From positions 27,711,178 through 27,775,177 of the forward strand of contig NC_068986.1 of assembly GCF_001194135.2 (NCBI RefSeq): a stretch of 64,000 nucleotides of DNA. The letters run 5' to 3'. The translations under genes and the position numbers were made by a program. Shown piece by piece: positions 62,901-64,000 of the stretch (the first letter of the stretch is position 1; each line of letters begins with the position of its first letter). The stretch comes from Octopus bimaculoides (taxonomy: Eukaryota). Below the pieces are notes generated by a model, which searched no databases, had not been told where the DNA came from, and saw nothing but the letters and a program-made list of their open reading frames with translations.

Positions 62901-63195
62901 AAATTTTGAGAAGAGGAAATCGTAATCATCAGTGCAAAATAACAATGGTGAAGTTAGGTGATTGAACTTTTCTGTCTGTCCCTCCTCTAAATCTCTCCTT
63001 CTTGTTCCATCACACCATTTAGATTTTTTTTCCTTTCACATATCCAGTCTCACTATTTCCTCAATCCACACACACATCCATACATACACCGTCAGTCTAT
63101 TTGCAATAATTTCATCTTCTTTTCTCACCTTCTCACATTCACCTTCCTTCTTTCCTCTGTTGTACCCTCACACCACCACCACCACCACCACCACC

Positions 63196-63229
<34 letters not shown>

Positions 63230-63835
63230 CCAACAACAATCACTGCCACCACTACCACTCCCTTAGCTTCCATTTATAAAACAAAAAGCACAAAAAAAAT
63301 AAATTTATTTTTCTCTCAATTATAATTTCTTGGTGTCTTTTGTTTTTATATATTTATAAATATATTTTTTCCTCACTCTCCCCCCCCTCCTCATCTCGTC
63401 TAATTATCTCCTCGACTAATTGACATGTTTTCATCTACTAGCTGGTAACTAAGTGCAGCATCCCTTTGTTGTTCCATCATCTGCAAGTCTTCTGGCGAAG
63501 ACTGTTCTTGATTTTGTGTTCACTTTCATCTTAATCTCACAAAATGTGTGCAGATACGTAACATTAGGAGATGCGTATGTCAGTGTATTTGTGTGCATGT
63601 GTGTGTGGGCAAATATATTCATTTGTGTACTCTACACACATGCATATGCACATGTATGTATGTACAGTCATACGCACATATAATAGACATTTTTGTGTGT
63701 GTGTGTATATATATATATATTTATATATATGTGTGTATCATCATCATCGAAAGCGGATGTTAAACTATGATGATGATGATGATGATACACACAGATATAT
63801 ATATATATATATCTATATCTATATATATATATATA

Positions 63836-63977
63836 TCATCATCATCATTTAACGTCCGCTTTCCATGCTAGCATGGGTTGGACGATTTGACTGAAGACTG
63901 GTGAAACCGGATGGCAACACCAGGCTCCAGTCTGATTTGGCAGAGTTTCTACAGCTGGATGCCCTTCCTAACGCCAA
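63836..63977 (-). mobile_element. Family C copy (C1), near-identical to 13755-13895
   Basis: Reverse complement reads ttggcgttaggaagggcatccagctgtagaaactctgccaaatcagactggagcctggtgttgccatccggtttcaccagtc...gcggacgttaaatgatgatgat. Confidence 0.9.
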
Positions 63978-64000
63978 TATATATATATATGGATATATAT

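Larger units (their letters stand above)
1..64000. repeat. Dense (TA)n, (CA)n, (CT)n, (AAT)n, (AAC)n, (GAT)n and (ACC)n microsatellites throughout
   Basis: Direct reading, e.g. 981-1075, 5821-6343, 22800-22935, 44162-44300, 63170-63240; most N-gaps are bordered by them. Confidence 0.95.

Noticed and set aside
18-63852. Most ORFs in the supplied track ([16 protein letters not shown], poly-X)
   Set aside because: They are translations of microsatellites or run through N-gaps, and have no protein-like content.

Overview
This is AT-rich, repeat-dense eukaryotic genomic DNA with 22 N-gaps (~8.8 kb, ~14%), most of them bordered by microsatellites. The SINE content, including a tRNA-headed CORE-type SINE resembling the octopus OR1/OR2 families, points to an Octopus draft assembly (inference). 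I recognise no intact host protein-coding gene, rRNA, true tRNA or CRISPR array, so the window reads as intergenic DNA or a very large intron; a few weak exon candidates are flagged. Supported content: (i) four SINE-like families, called A to D here (~35 copies or fragments); (ii) a 5'-truncated R2-clade retrotransposon (CCHC/endonuclease end) sitting in a (TA)n microsatellite rather than 28S rDNA; (iii) three different R4/Dong-like 3' ends stacked head-to-tail through (AAT)n tails; (iv) two RTE-clade LINE 3' fragments; (v) an internally deleted maT/DD37D-like Tc1/mariner; (vi) hAT-like and piggyBac-like MITEs; (vii) a Penelope-type minimal hammerhead motif; (viii) many micro- and minisatellites, including a ~950-bp Thr/Ala-coding trinucleotide mosaic. 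The most interesting unexplained structure is a cluster of four hairpins at 27341-27486. Family names for TEs come from motif recognition only; no database search was run.
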